A program made the position numbers and the translations under genes. Shown here one piece after another: positions 1-10,676 of a stretch of DNA of 64,000 bases; positions within the stretch are counted from its first letter, which is position 1, and each line of letters opens with the position of its first letter. The stretch comes from Naegleria gruberi (lineage: Eukaryota). The stretch lies in assembly GCA_000004985.1 (NCBI GenBank), contig GG738865.1; one strand, given 5' to 3'. The notes beneath the pieces are model-generated. The model was not told where the DNA came from, did no database searches, and saw only the letters and a program-made list of their open reading frames with translations.

Positions 1-1472
1 CTTTCTTGTTGAGTCTTGAAATTTGAAATGAAGCCTTGGAAAATTGGCCATGGAATACTCTTTAATGCTCCAGACAGAATAAATGGTTCTAACAATTCCA
101 AGAAAATCTGTGTCTTTCCACATTCTTCAAATGTAGTATGGACTGCACTAAAAACTACATCTTCTCTTCCAACTTTCATACAATTGTCAATACATGTTGA
201 TCCAACAAGCTTATAAATATAGTCATCCTTATATTCTGAACCTGTAAGGCTCAATCGTAAATACTCAGTTACAAGTCCAACTGTTTTTGCGGCTAAAATA
301 TCCAATGCTGCATCGGCAGGAAGTCCAAACACACATTTTCCTTTTCCAGTATAAAATTCGTGAGTGAGTTCCAGAGCTTCTTTCCACAGTCCAGCATCTG
401 ATAATTGATAAATTCTCTCCTCCCAAGGTTTGATAGAAATCTTTACCAAACCATGTTCTCCGAGAACAACAAATCCTCTTGAATTGATATCATAACTGGA
501 GTGTTTGGATCCTTGCATAGCATAATGGTCCAATGGGTTTGTAAATGTGATATCTTCCGTTTCAATTACTGATGTATCATCAACCCTTACATCAAATAAT
601 AAAACTTCTTGGTCAGCAGTCATGACAACAAGACTTTTTTCATCAAACCATCCCAAACCACAAACATCAGATGTTAATTCAGAATTGAAAATAATATCCT
701 TTTTTCCATCTTTAGATATATCTATTATGTGCACATCTTTCCCATATGCAAATGCCACAATACCAGTCTTTGAGTTTGAACTGGAATTTGCCAAAGCAAG
801 ATAAGGCAATAACCCTTTTCCATAGAGAGGATATCCAAACGAGACAGGATCTCCATCAGGTACAAGAGTTTTTCCCATCGAATAGAGTAACAACTTTCCA
901 CTTCTTGTACCTACTGCAAGATAAGATTTGGAAGAATCCTTTGGAATGACTGCAAACGTAATGATTGGGTCATCACCAACAGACATTTGAAACATTAAAC
1001 TGTAACTATATCTGAAAAGAACCTTAGAAAGAGCAAAACATTTAAGAGTACTCTATTAACAATGTAAGAAATAATCATTAACACTAATACATACAGAAAA
1101 CAACTCGGAGGCAATAATTGAATACATATCAGTAAGGAAAGCAACATTTACAACAGGTGAAGTAAAAGCATCGTCTATTCTCTTGATAACGCTTGCCTTA
1201 AGAACATCCCAAACAATAATAACACCCTTTTCGTAACCGGCTACTAACCAATCCTCTTGGAATGAAAAGCTTAGTGATGAAACCTTTCCTGTCGATACAT
1301 TTTCCACTCCTGTTGTGTTTCCGAGAATACATTTCAACTCTTGGTCGTCAGAGCTGAATATTAAAATTAAGCCACGATCTGTTCCAAAGGCTGTGTACTT
1401 CTTTGAAACTCTTATCGATACCACTTTTCCTACCTTAGCGTTAACCGAAGGTTTGTATATTTCTGTGCTCAT
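1..1472 (-). CDS. WD40/beta-propeller vesicle-tethering subunit (Vps8/Vps41-like, CORVET/HOPS family), 3' part runs off the window edge
   Basis: ATG at 1472. Exon 1 1472..1095 reads MSTEIYKP...IVWDV...IIASELFS. A GTATGT...CTAAG intron (1094..1024, 71 nt) joins in frame to a long open frame (VLFRYSYSLMFQMSVGDDPIITFAVIPKDS...) that continues to position 1 with no stop. This frame is absent from the ORF track because it has no Met. WD-repeat-like IVWDV and a propeller-plus-helical architecture. The family assignment is tentative. Confidence 0.5.
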
Positions 1473-1527
1473 CGCCTTTAATTTCTCGTTTTTAAGAATA
1501 CTCTTTGTTATGTCCTTCTTACTTTTA

Positions 1528-2001
1528 TCATCCTATTTCAAGTATATTTTGATGGAATTCGGAGAGTTGAAAACTTACTATTGATTTGGAAACGGTACTC
1601 GTTTCATTTGCTGATGAATGGATATCTAATTCCTCAAGAAAATCATCCAACTCTTTTCCTAAACTTAATTCATCTGTAAAAATTGGTTCGGTAAGGATTC
1701 TTTGTAGAGTTTGATTACTTTTATCTTCATCCTTTTGATCCATTTTCATCATGGCTATTTGCTTTTCCAACTCTTCGATTTGATCCAATTGTTCAACTTC
1801 ACCATGTTCCTTATTATTCTGCAAGTTGAAGGTAATTTTAGTACCTGTTCCAAGATGATACTCAGAATCGTTATCAGACAAATCATCGAGGGTGTCATCT
1901 TGCCCTCCCAATTCATCAGAGTCCAAGTCGAGACTCAATTCTTCTTCATCAGAGTCGTTATATTTTGCCCCCTTGAGTTGTTGTTGTCGCTCCTTAGACA
2001 T
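1528..2001 (-). CDS. hypothetical acidic protein (157 aa, D/E-rich)
   Basis: Real ATG at 2001. Open frame to a TGA, with a DSDEEELSLDLDSDE acidic tract and a coiled-coil-like middle. No recognisable domain. The stop lies only 56 bp upstream of the start of the next gene. Confidence 0.35.
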   Translation of the reverse strand: MSKERQQQLKGAKYNDSDEEELSLDLDSDELGGQDDTLDDLSDNDSEYHLGTGTKITFNLQNNKEHGEVEQLDQIEELEKQIAMMKMDQKDEDKSNQTLQRILTEPIFTDELSLGKELDDFLEELDIHSSANETSTVSKSIVSFQLSEFHQNILEIG

Positions 2002-2045
2002 TTTTTATAAATGGAAGCACAGTATTAATAATTGCCAGCTGCTGT

Positions 2046-3492
2046 TTATTCACCTTCAGGATCGACCACTTCCTCACTTGCAGCAGATTCTTCACCATCC
2101 TGTTCAGTGCCGTTAGAGAGACTTTGTTTTCTCTCTTCCAAATTCTGCTCTTCAATTTGTTTTCTTTTGGCTTCTTCTCTTTTCCTTAATTCACGTCTTC
2201 TCCTCTCCATTTCTTTTGATTCGGCATCGACAATGTCTGTAAACTTTTCTCGATACTCTGTAATTTGCTTAATCTTTAAATTATAAAATGAGAAACATTG
2301 CTTGAATAGTATGGAGTGATCGTACAGTCTTCTAGTACTGTGATTCAAATAGTGCAATACTTCTCCCATGTGTAATCTTTGTTCAAGTGCAGTGTCATGC
2401 AATTTGAGATATGACATTGCTACTCTGAAAAGTATTTTTGTTCCTTCACTGAAAACTAAATCTAAAACTCTCATCGATGTCTCAATAGGGAAAACCTCAA
2501 TAAATAATCTCATGAACCATCCACTGGCAAATGCCGTTGTCTCTACTCCAAATTTATGTAAATGAGCATGAAGTTTTGGTAATCTTTCCTTGATTAGTTC
2601 GTCCAAAACATAAGAATCCACTCTCATACCAGTAAGTTCTGGATTATAATAATTTGCTGGTAAAATGTCTTCGAGTAAGGTTACTAAGAGCCAAAAAGCT
2701 TCTTCCTCTCCACAGTGCAATAATAAACTTCCGACAATATAGTTCAAACTCTGGCAATAGCTTACGTAAGGGTTTCTCCAACTGAATGCTGTCAATACAT
2801 TCTTCATTTGTGATCTTCCTATTGAGTGACTATTACAGAAAAATGGATGTGAAGGGAAAGTTCTACACAAATCCAAGTCTATCTGAGCTTCATTCGGACA
2901 TGTTTGACCCTTGTGAACTGTTTGATTTAAATTAAAAAGAACTTTAAATATTTACCTTCGAGAATCTTCTTGTAATATCCTCTGTTTTCCTTCATTTTCT
3001 TATCCACTCCCGTTATTTGAATCCAAACATGTCTTCTATACCAAGATGGAATTGAATGTTTTCTTACCAGTGCCTTGACTGTTTTCCTTGCAGAGTCCGA
3101 TTTTAACAATTTTCCTTGAATTCCACCACATTCATCAATATAATGTTTCCACGCTTTTGAACTTTCTTCATAGACTTTTTCTCTTTTTGATTTAATCCAT
3201 TGTGTATAGGCTTGATAAACTTCAGGATCATCATTTGATTGAGGTTCAGGAAATCCATAATTTACAATTGAACACCACTGATAATTAATTTGTAATTCAT
3301 CGGTGTCGTTCAACAATTTTAATCCATCCTCATGAATAGTATCATCTAAAAAGTTTCATCAAAAAAAGTAGATTTATCACCCCCGTCATCATTTTAATAT
3401 TTCATCAAACAAATATATAAAAACATACGATCTTCCTCTTCGGTTAGGTTATGATTGATAGGCCCTTTTGATTTGAATGGATTGAGAGGCAT
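2046..3492 (-). CDS. TBC-domain Rab GTPase-activating protein (3 exons)
   Basis: Exon 1 3492..3429 (MPLNPFKSKGPINHNLTEEED). GTATGT intron 3428..3346. Exon 2 3345..2956 (…GIQGKLL…IPSWYRRHVW…YYKKILEG). GTAAAT..AAACAG intron 2955..2918 (38 nt). Exon 3 2917..2046. The Arg-finger motif IDLDLCRTFP and the Gln-finger YCQSLNYIV (YxQ) are both present. Splice phases were checked by hand. Confidence 0.85.
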
Positions 3493-3832
3493 TTTTTTAA
3501 AATGTTTATTTTCGTTGTATCAAGAAGAATCAGACGGGTGAATGGTTTTGTTGAAAGGTAATGAAAAATATCTCCATGAACTCAAACAAGGCCATTGGTT
3601 GTTTGTGAATAAGAGAACAAATCATTAGAACATGTTATCCGAGTGTTGAAGTGGTGGTGTTATTGTGAAAATTGAGTCGTTGTTATTGTTTAGTATCGGA
3701 CAGTCTTGGGCAAGTCAGTATGAGAAACGTTGTAATTCATGGTGGATCCTTAAAAATTATAATCTTCTTATTAGCGAAAGAAATCTCAAAGATTCACTGT
3801 TAATTAATGAGAATCAAGGTTTCCCAAGCATT

Positions 3833-4924
3833 CTAAAAATCCTTAATTCCCTTCTCATTGCTGCCGTCACCATTCCTCAGATACATCATGACTGCAACAA
3901 ACAAAAGAATATTATGAGCATGTTTAACATCCACACAATTAATTTCCAAATACAAACTTCCATTACTTTTAAAAGCAATTAATTGAGCTCTCTTTCTTTG
4001 AATAATTCGTTCATAATCTGGAACTAGATCCGTTTTGTTTCCAATTAGTATACTTTCCACCTTTTCAGTTCCTTTGATATCATTAATATCATTCTCGGCT
4101 CTATCCAATGATTCTAAACGATTCAAATCAAACATTATCAAAGCAGTATTTGCATTCCTCTTGTATAAAGATGTATAAAAATAAGCAGGTTGATCCCATA
4201 ATTGCAAATCTCTAAGGATACCATCCCAAAGTTTGTAAATTTTGAATGTGTGTGCTGATGACACTACTCCAGGAGTGTAATCTCCAATTGATAAACTGTC
4301 AAGAGAGCTTTTCACAAAGCTCGTTTTTCCTACATGATGGTCACCCGTCATGATACATTTGAAAATTTTCTTATTGAACTCTAGGTTGTTTGAGGTGGAT
4401 ACAGAACTAGTGCTGGATGATAATAATCTCGACGAAAAATAAGAAAATAAATTGAATAAACTATTGGGAGATTCCTTTTTTGGTTCATCTTTTGGTTGTT
4501 CAATTTTTTTTGAAAGTATGTCAAAATAATATTCCACCAATTTCATTTCATCAAGAAACCAATTGGTTCTCTTTGGTTCGAATTTTTCCCATTCAAATCT
4601 TTGTCTTTCCCTTTTTTTAAATTCACTTCCTTCAAGAAATTCCACACATAATCCATAAATATGTTCCCTTAGCTTTAATTTTAGAAAATGGGTGAATAAT
4701 TTGTGTTCATTACAACTTTGAATATCTAACGAAGAATAGTTAATATTAGATAAAAATTCTGTAAATTGTTTGTAAATCTCCCGAAACGATAATTCTCTCC
4801 AGGATTCACAAACTCTTCCAATAGTGAAATATTGTTCTGGAATTGAAAAGAAATGATAAATCTCCAACAATAATTCTTCGGGAAGATTATTGATCGTGGC
4901 AACAATTTGTTGATTTTCTTTCAT
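3833..4924 (-). CDS. F-box domain fused to an atypical Rab-like small GTPase domain
   Basis: Real ATG at 4924 (MKENQQ…); the earlier M in the ORF track is a TTG. The N-terminus LPEELLLEIYHFFSIPEQYFTIGRVCESWRELS matches the F-box consensus. C-terminal GTPase motifs: P-loop GDHHVGKTS, switch-I Thr (DYTPGV) and an NKxD box (GNKTDL). DxxGQ is replaced by WDQPAYF, with no Gly or Gln, and the SAK box is degenerate (EINCVD). Confidence 0.7.
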   Translation of the reverse strand: MKENQQIVATINNLPEELLLEIYHFFSIPEQYFTIGRVCESWRELSFREIYKQFTEFLSNINYSSLDIQSCNEHKLFTHFLKLKLREHIYGLCVEFLEGSEFKKRERQRFEWEKFEPKRTNWFLDEMKLVEYYFDILSKKIEQPKDEPKKESPNSLFNLFSYFSSRLLSSSTSSVSTSNNLEFNKKIFKCIMTGDHHVGKTSFVKSSLDSLSIGDYTPGVVSSAHTFKIYKLWDGILRDLQLWDQPAYFYTSLYKRNANTALIMFDLNRLESLDRAENDINDIKGTEKVESILIGNKTDLVPDYERIIQRKRAQLIAFKSNGSLYLEINCVDVKHAHNILLFVAVMMYLRNGDGSNEKGIKDF

Positions 4925-4994
4925 TTTTCTTTCTTCAAAAAAAGCCAATTTCAAATTACAAAATTTGAGAATAATTTTATTGAAATAACAGAGT

Positions 4995-6061
4995 TTAGAA
5001 AATGAATGGAACGAGGACCTTTCTGTTCTTTGGATAGAGTTCTCTACCGTCCTTACCGTCGAACAACTTCTTCAAAGCAACGTGCTTCTTAATAGCCCAT
5101 GGAAGCATTTGACCAGCACCACTGAGAGTGTACAAGAAACATGGGAGAGATTGAATCATGATTGAGAAGAAAATCCATTCCAAAATTTCAAAAGTATAAT
5201 TTGGACAAGTGACGTATTCAAAGAGGAATCCTCTTGGGATCTTTCTACCCTTTTCACCTGGCTTTCTCAAATTCTTCAAGATAATGTGACAAACAAAGTT
5301 ACCAAGCATGGACAAAACAACACCAGCAGCACCAATGTAAACTTGGAGATCAGATGGTGATTGATACTTTGGATGGATAGTAAAGTGAGCAACAAGATAA
5401 GCATAACCCCAATAATAAATACTATTCTTGAAAATGTTGAAAATTGGCATGGTATCAGTACCGAAAACGTGAACAAAGAGAGTTTCAAATTCTCTCTTGA
5501 TAAAGTGAGCCATGAAGAGAACAGTGGCGATCCTATTATTATTGTGTGATGGTGATGATGATCAGTTATTATCAATAAATTTCACATAATTATTAACAAA
5601 ATCAAAATTATTTAACACAATCATGATGTCATCATTAAAAATCACCATTAATTCAATATCATCATCGGATCAAATATAAAAACATACATTTGAGTATTGT
5701 TCAATTGAACAGGTTCTCCGTGAATGTAAGGAGCCAAAAAGTAGGCAAGTGGGAAAGTCAAGATTGGACCAAAATATTCAGTCAAAAAGACGGTTCTCCA
5801 AGCAATTTGAGGACCCAAATCCTTGAACATGACAACAGATCCGTCCTTCAAATCAGCAACAGGTCCATTATTTTCAGCAGCAACGATCATCTTTCCTCTT
5901 TGACCAGTAGTAGCATCCACATAGTAAAAAGCTTGTCTACTTGGATCAACTCTCTTTTGTTGATGATAGGCCTTCTTCAAATCAGTCAAGCTTGGTGCTT
6001 GCAAATCCAACTCGGCCAATTGCTTCTTGCCGGTTCTTGCATCAACGACGGAAATTTTCAT
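4995..6061 (-). CDS. TECR: very-long-chain enoyl-CoA reductase (TECR/Tsc13-like; N-terminal ubiquitin-like domain plus 3-oxo-5-alpha-steroid 4-dehydrogenase domain)
   Basis: Exon 1 6061..5688 has a UBL-like N-terminus (MKISVVDARTGKK…). A GTATGT…AATAATAG intron (5687..5533, 155 nt) joins with phase 2 to exon 2 5532..4995 (IATVLFMAHFIKREFETLFVH…FEYVTCPNYTFEILEWI…), the conserved steroid-5-alpha-reductase C-terminal region. Confidence 0.85.
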
Positions 6062-6271
6062 TTTTTTATTCGTTCGTTGTTTTTTTCTTCCCGCTTTTTT
6101 TGAATTTTCAATAAGTGAAACTTTTATTATGATGAATCATATTTAAATATTGTGTCAAAAGCTACCAATTTAATAATATATTATAATAATCCCATTGTTC
6201 TCAGTAAACTTTATTGAAATGTTGATTGGGTTATATAATAATTTAATTATTTTAAAACATTCAACAAAAAA

Positions 6272-7579
6272 ATGTCAAATACACCAACAAGCACATCATC
6301 AACAGATATCGGAAGAAGAAAACGATTGGGAGAGAGTAATATTGATGAGGAAGGATCGGAGTTGTTAGCTCCTACCATTGAAGAATTTCAAAGGTGGTGC
6401 TCCAAATTAAAAACTGTTGAAGATTTGTCAATCTTTCAAACATTTTGCAATGATTACTTGGATAAATTGATTCAAGAAAAGGAAGGAGAAGCCAAACAAC
6501 TTGATACAGAATTTGAACAAATTGAAGATGAGAAAGTTTCGGAGGAAGGTGCCTCTAATGATAGTGAATCAACTAGTAGTGAAGAGGATGAGAATGGAAA
6601 ACCAAAACAAACTACTCAAGAAATTATCAAATCAAATTTGAAAGTATTGCAAAAGATTAAACAATCCCTTCGTGATAGAATACCGAATAATGATGGTTAT
6701 GCTCCAAATGAAAGATTTTACTTCCCAGGTGAAGTTGCAGAGGAAACCAATCCAAATAGACAATTTGAAGGATATAGCAAGTACAACACAATTAATGTTG
6801 ATGGTTTCTTGTATGACAATGAAGAAATGAATGAAATGTTTAGAGGTGGATTGATTCCTGAATTTTATTGTGAAAAGTGTTGCTCAAGTAATCATGTCAA
6901 ACCTATGAATATCATTTCACATAGTTTTTCACTTGATGAATTGTCATTTATTTTCTCTCGTCAGTGTGTAAATAGAAACGCTTGGATTAGATCAAGATTA
7001 TTGGAAAAGATTAAGGTTTCATTAGGAATGAATCCAGCTATCAAAGACAAACAAGATCACAAATTATTATCAAAGAAGAACATGAGAGAAAATGGTATCG
7101 TTATGATGGATATCGGAAGTAGATTGGGATCTATTCTCTACTATTGTTACTTGTTTGTTGAACCTCTTTCAGTCAAACAATTAATTGGTGTGGAAATTAA
7201 TGAGTTCTTTGCCAATTTGCAAAAGGAAATGGTCAAACAGTACAAAATGGATGATAGAATTAGTATTGTAAATTCAGATATTATGAAAGAAATGGACTTG
7301 ATTCAAACATGTGATCTTTTAATTATGCACAATGTGTTTGAGTGGTTCTTTTCACATAAGGAAAATCAAGCAATTTGGAAAATTTTGAAATCTCAATTTC
7401 TCATTCGTAAGGGTCTTCGTATTGTTACTTGTCCTTCCATTCAACAATCCTTATTAGATGCTGGATTATCCGATATTCTTTCCATTGATGGATGGCTCAA
7501 GGAAATTCCACTTGCTTATCCACTCGATGACAATGACGAGGAAATGCACACTGAAATTCACCTCTATGAAGTTTTATAA
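6272..7579 (+). CDS. hypothetical protein with a possible class-I SAM-dependent methyltransferase-like C-terminal region
   Basis: Real ATG at 6272; 435 aa. The N-terminal half is acidic and S-rich. The C-terminus has VMMDIGSRLGS (motif I-like), an acidic GVEINE (post-I-like) and DLLIMHNVFEW (motif II-like). This is a weak similarity judged by eye. Confidence 0.4.
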   Translation: MSNTPTSTSSTDIGRRKRLGESNIDEEGSELLAPTIEEFQRWCSKLKTVEDLSIFQTFCNDYLDKLIQEKEGEAKQLDTEFEQIEDEKVSEEGASNDSESTSSEEDENGKPKQTTQEIIKSNLKVLQKIKQSLRDRIPNNDGYAPNERFYFPGEVAEETNPNRQFEGYSKYNTINVDGFLYDNEEMNEMFRGGLIPEFYCEKCCSSNHVKPMNIISHSFSLDELSFIFSRQCVNRNAWIRSRLLEKIKVSLGMNPAIKDKQDHKLLSKKNMRENGIVMMDIGSRLGSILYYCYLFVEPLSVKQLIGVEINEFFANLQKEMVKQYKMDDRISIVNSDIMKEMDLIQTCDLLIMHNVFEWFFSHKENQAIWKILKSQFLIRKGLRIVTCPSIQQSLLDAGLSDILSIDGWLKEIPLAYPLDDNDEEMHTEIHLYEVL

Positions 7580-7631
7580 ATTATTATTTACAATTATTTG
7601 ATGGTTTAATCATTCCTAAAGATTCCGAAAA

Positions 7632-7949
7632 TTAATTTTCTGATTTTTCTTCCGATTTCAAAGTTTCAAGATGAATTGGCTTGACATCATTTTCCTCAAA
7701 GTACTTTTTAATATTTGTCTCGTGTACGTAGTGTCTACATAATTCCTTTCCATTCTCTTTGGCAACCATAACAGGAATGTCAAATTGATACATTTCATAG
7801 AAGGATTCATTTCCCTTTGCCACAATATCAACCTTTTCAATTTCGAATGGGTATTGTTTTTGCAAGGTTTTTAATCTGACCATTGCACGTTCACAAAGGG
7901 AACACCTCGAGTCGGAACGAGTGAAGAATTGAATTATCAATCTTTTCAT
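7632..7949 (-). CDS. glutaredoxin-like thioredoxin-fold protein (DUF836/Grx2 family)
   Basis: Real ATG at 7949; 105 aa. A CSLC (CxxC) motif lies near the N-terminus, and the size and pattern are typical of glutaredoxin-like YDR286C/DUF836 proteins. Confidence 0.55.
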   Translation of the reverse strand: MKRLIIQFFTRSDSRCSLCERAMVRLKTLQKQYPFEIEKVDIVAKGNESFYEMYQFDIPVMVAKENGKELCRHYVHETNIKKYFEENDVKPIHLETLKSEEKSEN

Positions 7950-8030
7950 TTTTTTAATTATTGAATTTTAAATATCTTACAAAAATACAATTAATTATTA
8001 TTTTACATTATTTAATTTACATGATAAAAA

Positions 8031-10205
8031 TTACAAGTTCTTGTTACTCAATTCTAATGTGATTAAACCTCTAGCATAGGATACCCAGTAGATTCTATTC
8101 TTACTTTCAATGTAGAGGAATTCCTTCTTTGATTTGGCTAAGAAATTGTTGGCTATCACTCTCATACGAGTTTCCTTGGTTTGTTCAATGGCTTTAGTTC
8201 CAAGAATTGAGGCAGGTTTAGATTTAACAGTATTTGGATTCAAACTCTTTCTCTTTGATGAAATTGGTTGTGGAACAGAGAATTCATCATCGTCACTACT
8301 AACAACTTCAACATAGAAATCATCCAAAAGACCCTTATTTTCAGTAGTGAGGGTTGAGGTACTATCTCCAACATTGGTTCCATTATTTCTTACAGGAACT
8401 TCGCTAGTAACTCTTCTGTGAGCATTGGATAATCCTCCACCTGGTGAATTGGCAGGAATGTTTGGATTATTTTCAATATTGTTTGGACCAAACTTTTCTG
8501 GAACTTGAGTGAAATGTTCAACAATGGTAACATGTTCTGGATCCTTTTCATCTCTCATAATCTTAATAGAGTGATTGTAATCTGACAAGTTGAAATACTT
8601 CTTGTTGAATTGAATTCTGGTTACAGCTGGTTCTGCAGTTTCAATAAGTCTGAATTCCTTCTTGAAAGAGCTGATATCCTTTACAACGAGGACATTTTCA
8701 ACCAATTGAGGGAATTCCATTGATAATCTTCTAGAAGCACCCAACATTCCATATGTTGAGAACAATGAAGAGACATCATTTGGATTTAATTTTGGTTTCT
8801 CCTCAGCATTTGAAATATCTAAAAGTGATGGATCAACTCCAATGAAATTCATCATGTTTGCTTTTTCATTATTTTTGACATCAACTTGTGGATGAATGAC
8901 AAATTGGAGACGAAGTGGGCCAGTTTTTTGTTGTGGTCTATTGCTTTGAGTATTCATATTAGAAACCATATTCGAAAGTGAACTAAAGAAAGTATTGGAA
9001 TCATAACTCTTTCTCTTGGTCAATGGTTCACTATCAGCATCATCAGCAGAACTTGATCCTTGTCCAGAAACTCCACTAGATTGTTGAGAGGGAACATATT
9101 GATATGGTTTCTTCTTCTTTCCAATATATTCATTATTTGTGGTATTGTTATCATCCATATAAATTTCAATAACACCATTTCTGACAAAGCATTCCTTATC
9201 AACAATGTGACGATCAAACCAAACACCACTCATATACAATGAGCATGGTCTTCTGAGTGGATCCTTATCAAAGAATATCAAACAACGTTGATTAGAACGA
9301 TTGGTACGATCTTGGAAGCAATCTGAAACATATAATTGATCTCCAACAATATTATACAATTGATCAGAAACATCAAGCATAAAGTAATCAGATTCCTTGA
9401 TTATCTTTTGTGCAAACAATTGCAAGTCATGGAATCCATATTCAGGAGCATCTAATTCAGAACTTCTGTACTCTGCAGAGTCAAATAAATTCAACTCTCC
9501 ACTCTTCAAATATTCCAAGATGAGAGCAAAGTACTTTGGATTTCTATCAATAAAGTAGCATCCATTTTCATCCTTGATAAAACCCAAATGCTGATTTTCG
9601 TCCAACAATCTGGTAAAATAGTTTTCAAAGACTGTTGTTGAAGTGGACGAAACATTACTTAGTCTATTATTGTTTTGATTTGATGAAGAAGTAGTTCCTT
9701 CAGAAAAGCTCATTCTACTCTTACGATTGTGCAAATCAACAAAAGTTGAAAGTGAATTATAAGCCAAATTATTAGAATTGGTCAAATCACCACTACTTCC
9801 AGTACCACTATTACCTGCTGTTGTTGTTGTTGTTGGTGTAGAACCTTGAGGAGAGTTATTATTTGTTGTGGTTGTATTAGAAAGTGGTTGTTTTTGATGA
9901 GTTGTCTCCTGATGATTCAAGTAATTCTTCATGGCCAATTGGTAGGCTGTTGGAGAACGAATCTTTTGAGAGAAGGGCAAGCAATTGCCTGGAAAAACCA
10001 ACTCATTAATATTCGACTGATTAGCATTATTCTTATAAATTGCACTATGATGATATGAATTGAGAATAGTCTCACGAGTTGTATAGAGAATTTTACCTCC
10101 CACATTAAATTTGATCAATTGATGATAATGTGGAACTGGTGATGAAGAAGAACCACTACTACCACCACCTGACATTTGTTGTTGCTGTGCTTGCAGAGGA
10201 ATCAT
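8031..10205 (-). CDS. BTB/POZ (KCTD-type, BTB_2) domain protein with long low-complexity inserts
   Basis: The likely ATG is at 10205 (MIPLQAQQQQMSGGG…); the track start at 10232 is a TTG. The tetramerisation-type BTB motifs IKFNVGGKILYTTRETILNS and …CYFIDRNPKYFALILEYLKSGELNL are split by an N/T/S-rich insert. The C-terminal ~400 aa have no recognisable domain. Confidence 0.55.
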   Translation of the reverse strand: MIPLQAQQQQMSGGGSSGSSSSPVPHYHQLIKFNVGGKILYTTRETILNSYHHSAIYKNNANQSNINELVFPGNCLPFSQKIRSPTAYQLAMKNYLNHQETTHQKQPLSNTTTTNNNSPQGSTPTTTTTAGNSGTGSSGDLTNSNNLAYNSLSTFVDLHNRKSRMSFSEGTTSSSNQNNNRLSNVSSTSTTVFENYFTRLLDENQHLGFIKDENGCYFIDRNPKYFALILEYLKSGELNLFDSAEYRSSELDAPEYGFHDLQLFAQKIIKESDYFMLDVSDQLYNIVGDQLYVSDCFQDRTNRSNQRCLIFFDKDPLRRPCSLYMSGVWFDRHIVDKECFVRNGVIEIYMDDNNTTNNEYIGKKKKPYQYVPSQQSSGVSGQGSSSADDADSEPLTKRKSYDSNTFFSSLSNMVSNMNTQSNRPQQKTGPLRLQFVIHPQVDVKNNEKANMMNFIGVDPSLLDISNAEEKPKLNPNDVSSLFSTYGMLGASRRLSMEFPQLVENVLVVKDISSFKKEFRLIETAEPAVTRIQFNKKYFNLSDYNHSIKIMRDEKDPEHVTIVEHFTQVPEKFGPNNIENNPNIPANSPGGGLSNAHRRVTSEVPVRNNGTNVGDSTSTLTTENKGLLDDFYVEVVSSDDDEFSVPQPISSKRKSLNPNTVKSKPASILGTKAIEQTKETRMRVIANNFLAKSKKEFLYIESKNRIYWVSYARGLITLELSNKNL

Positions 10206-10676
10206 AATTTCCCAAAAGTTTAAATGTATCAAAACAACTGTAAATCAAAGAAGGCTTTCAACTTTTTTTAAATTTTTAAGAAAATAAAATTTGGATTGTT
10301 GCTGCTTGGAAAGGAGATGATGGATCACAACTAAAATTGACGAGAGAACCCATCACTGCCTATTGTTCTTTATTGTCACTTGAATGATATCTGGAGAAGG
10401 ATTGCATCCAAGTAAATTTACTGGGAGATGGGAACGCAGATAACAAATTGGTTCACTTAATCTTGGAGAGGAAAGTTGACCTCAATAATTGATATTTTGA
10501 ATCTGGTTTTTTTTTTCAAATGTGTCAACTGAGATGCATTCAAAGTTCATTGACCTGGCTTGAATGAGGAGAATATTCTGATATTCATTTCAATATTACA
10601 ATATTACAAAAATAGTTAATAAAGAATATTCACTTTTCCAAATTCAATCAATTTGATGAAAAATTAATTTAAAAAA

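Noticed and set aside
1473-1560. Possibility that the 157-aa acidic ORF (1528..2001) is a 5' exon of the Vps-like gene, via a GTAAGA..TTAAAG intron
   Set aside because: The in-frame TGA stop of the acidic ORF lies upstream of the only candidate donor, so no in-frame splice is possible. They were kept as two genes 56 bp apart.
3314-3316. ORF-track Met starts that are really TTG/GTG/CTG (for example 3316, 4954, 10232, 12542, 23622, 29679, 43673, 56117, 57523)
   Set aside because: Direct reading shows non-ATG codons at these positions. The track evidently allows bacterial alternative starts, which are not appropriate for a eukaryotic nuclear genome. Each start was moved to the first plausible ATG or an upstream spliced exon.
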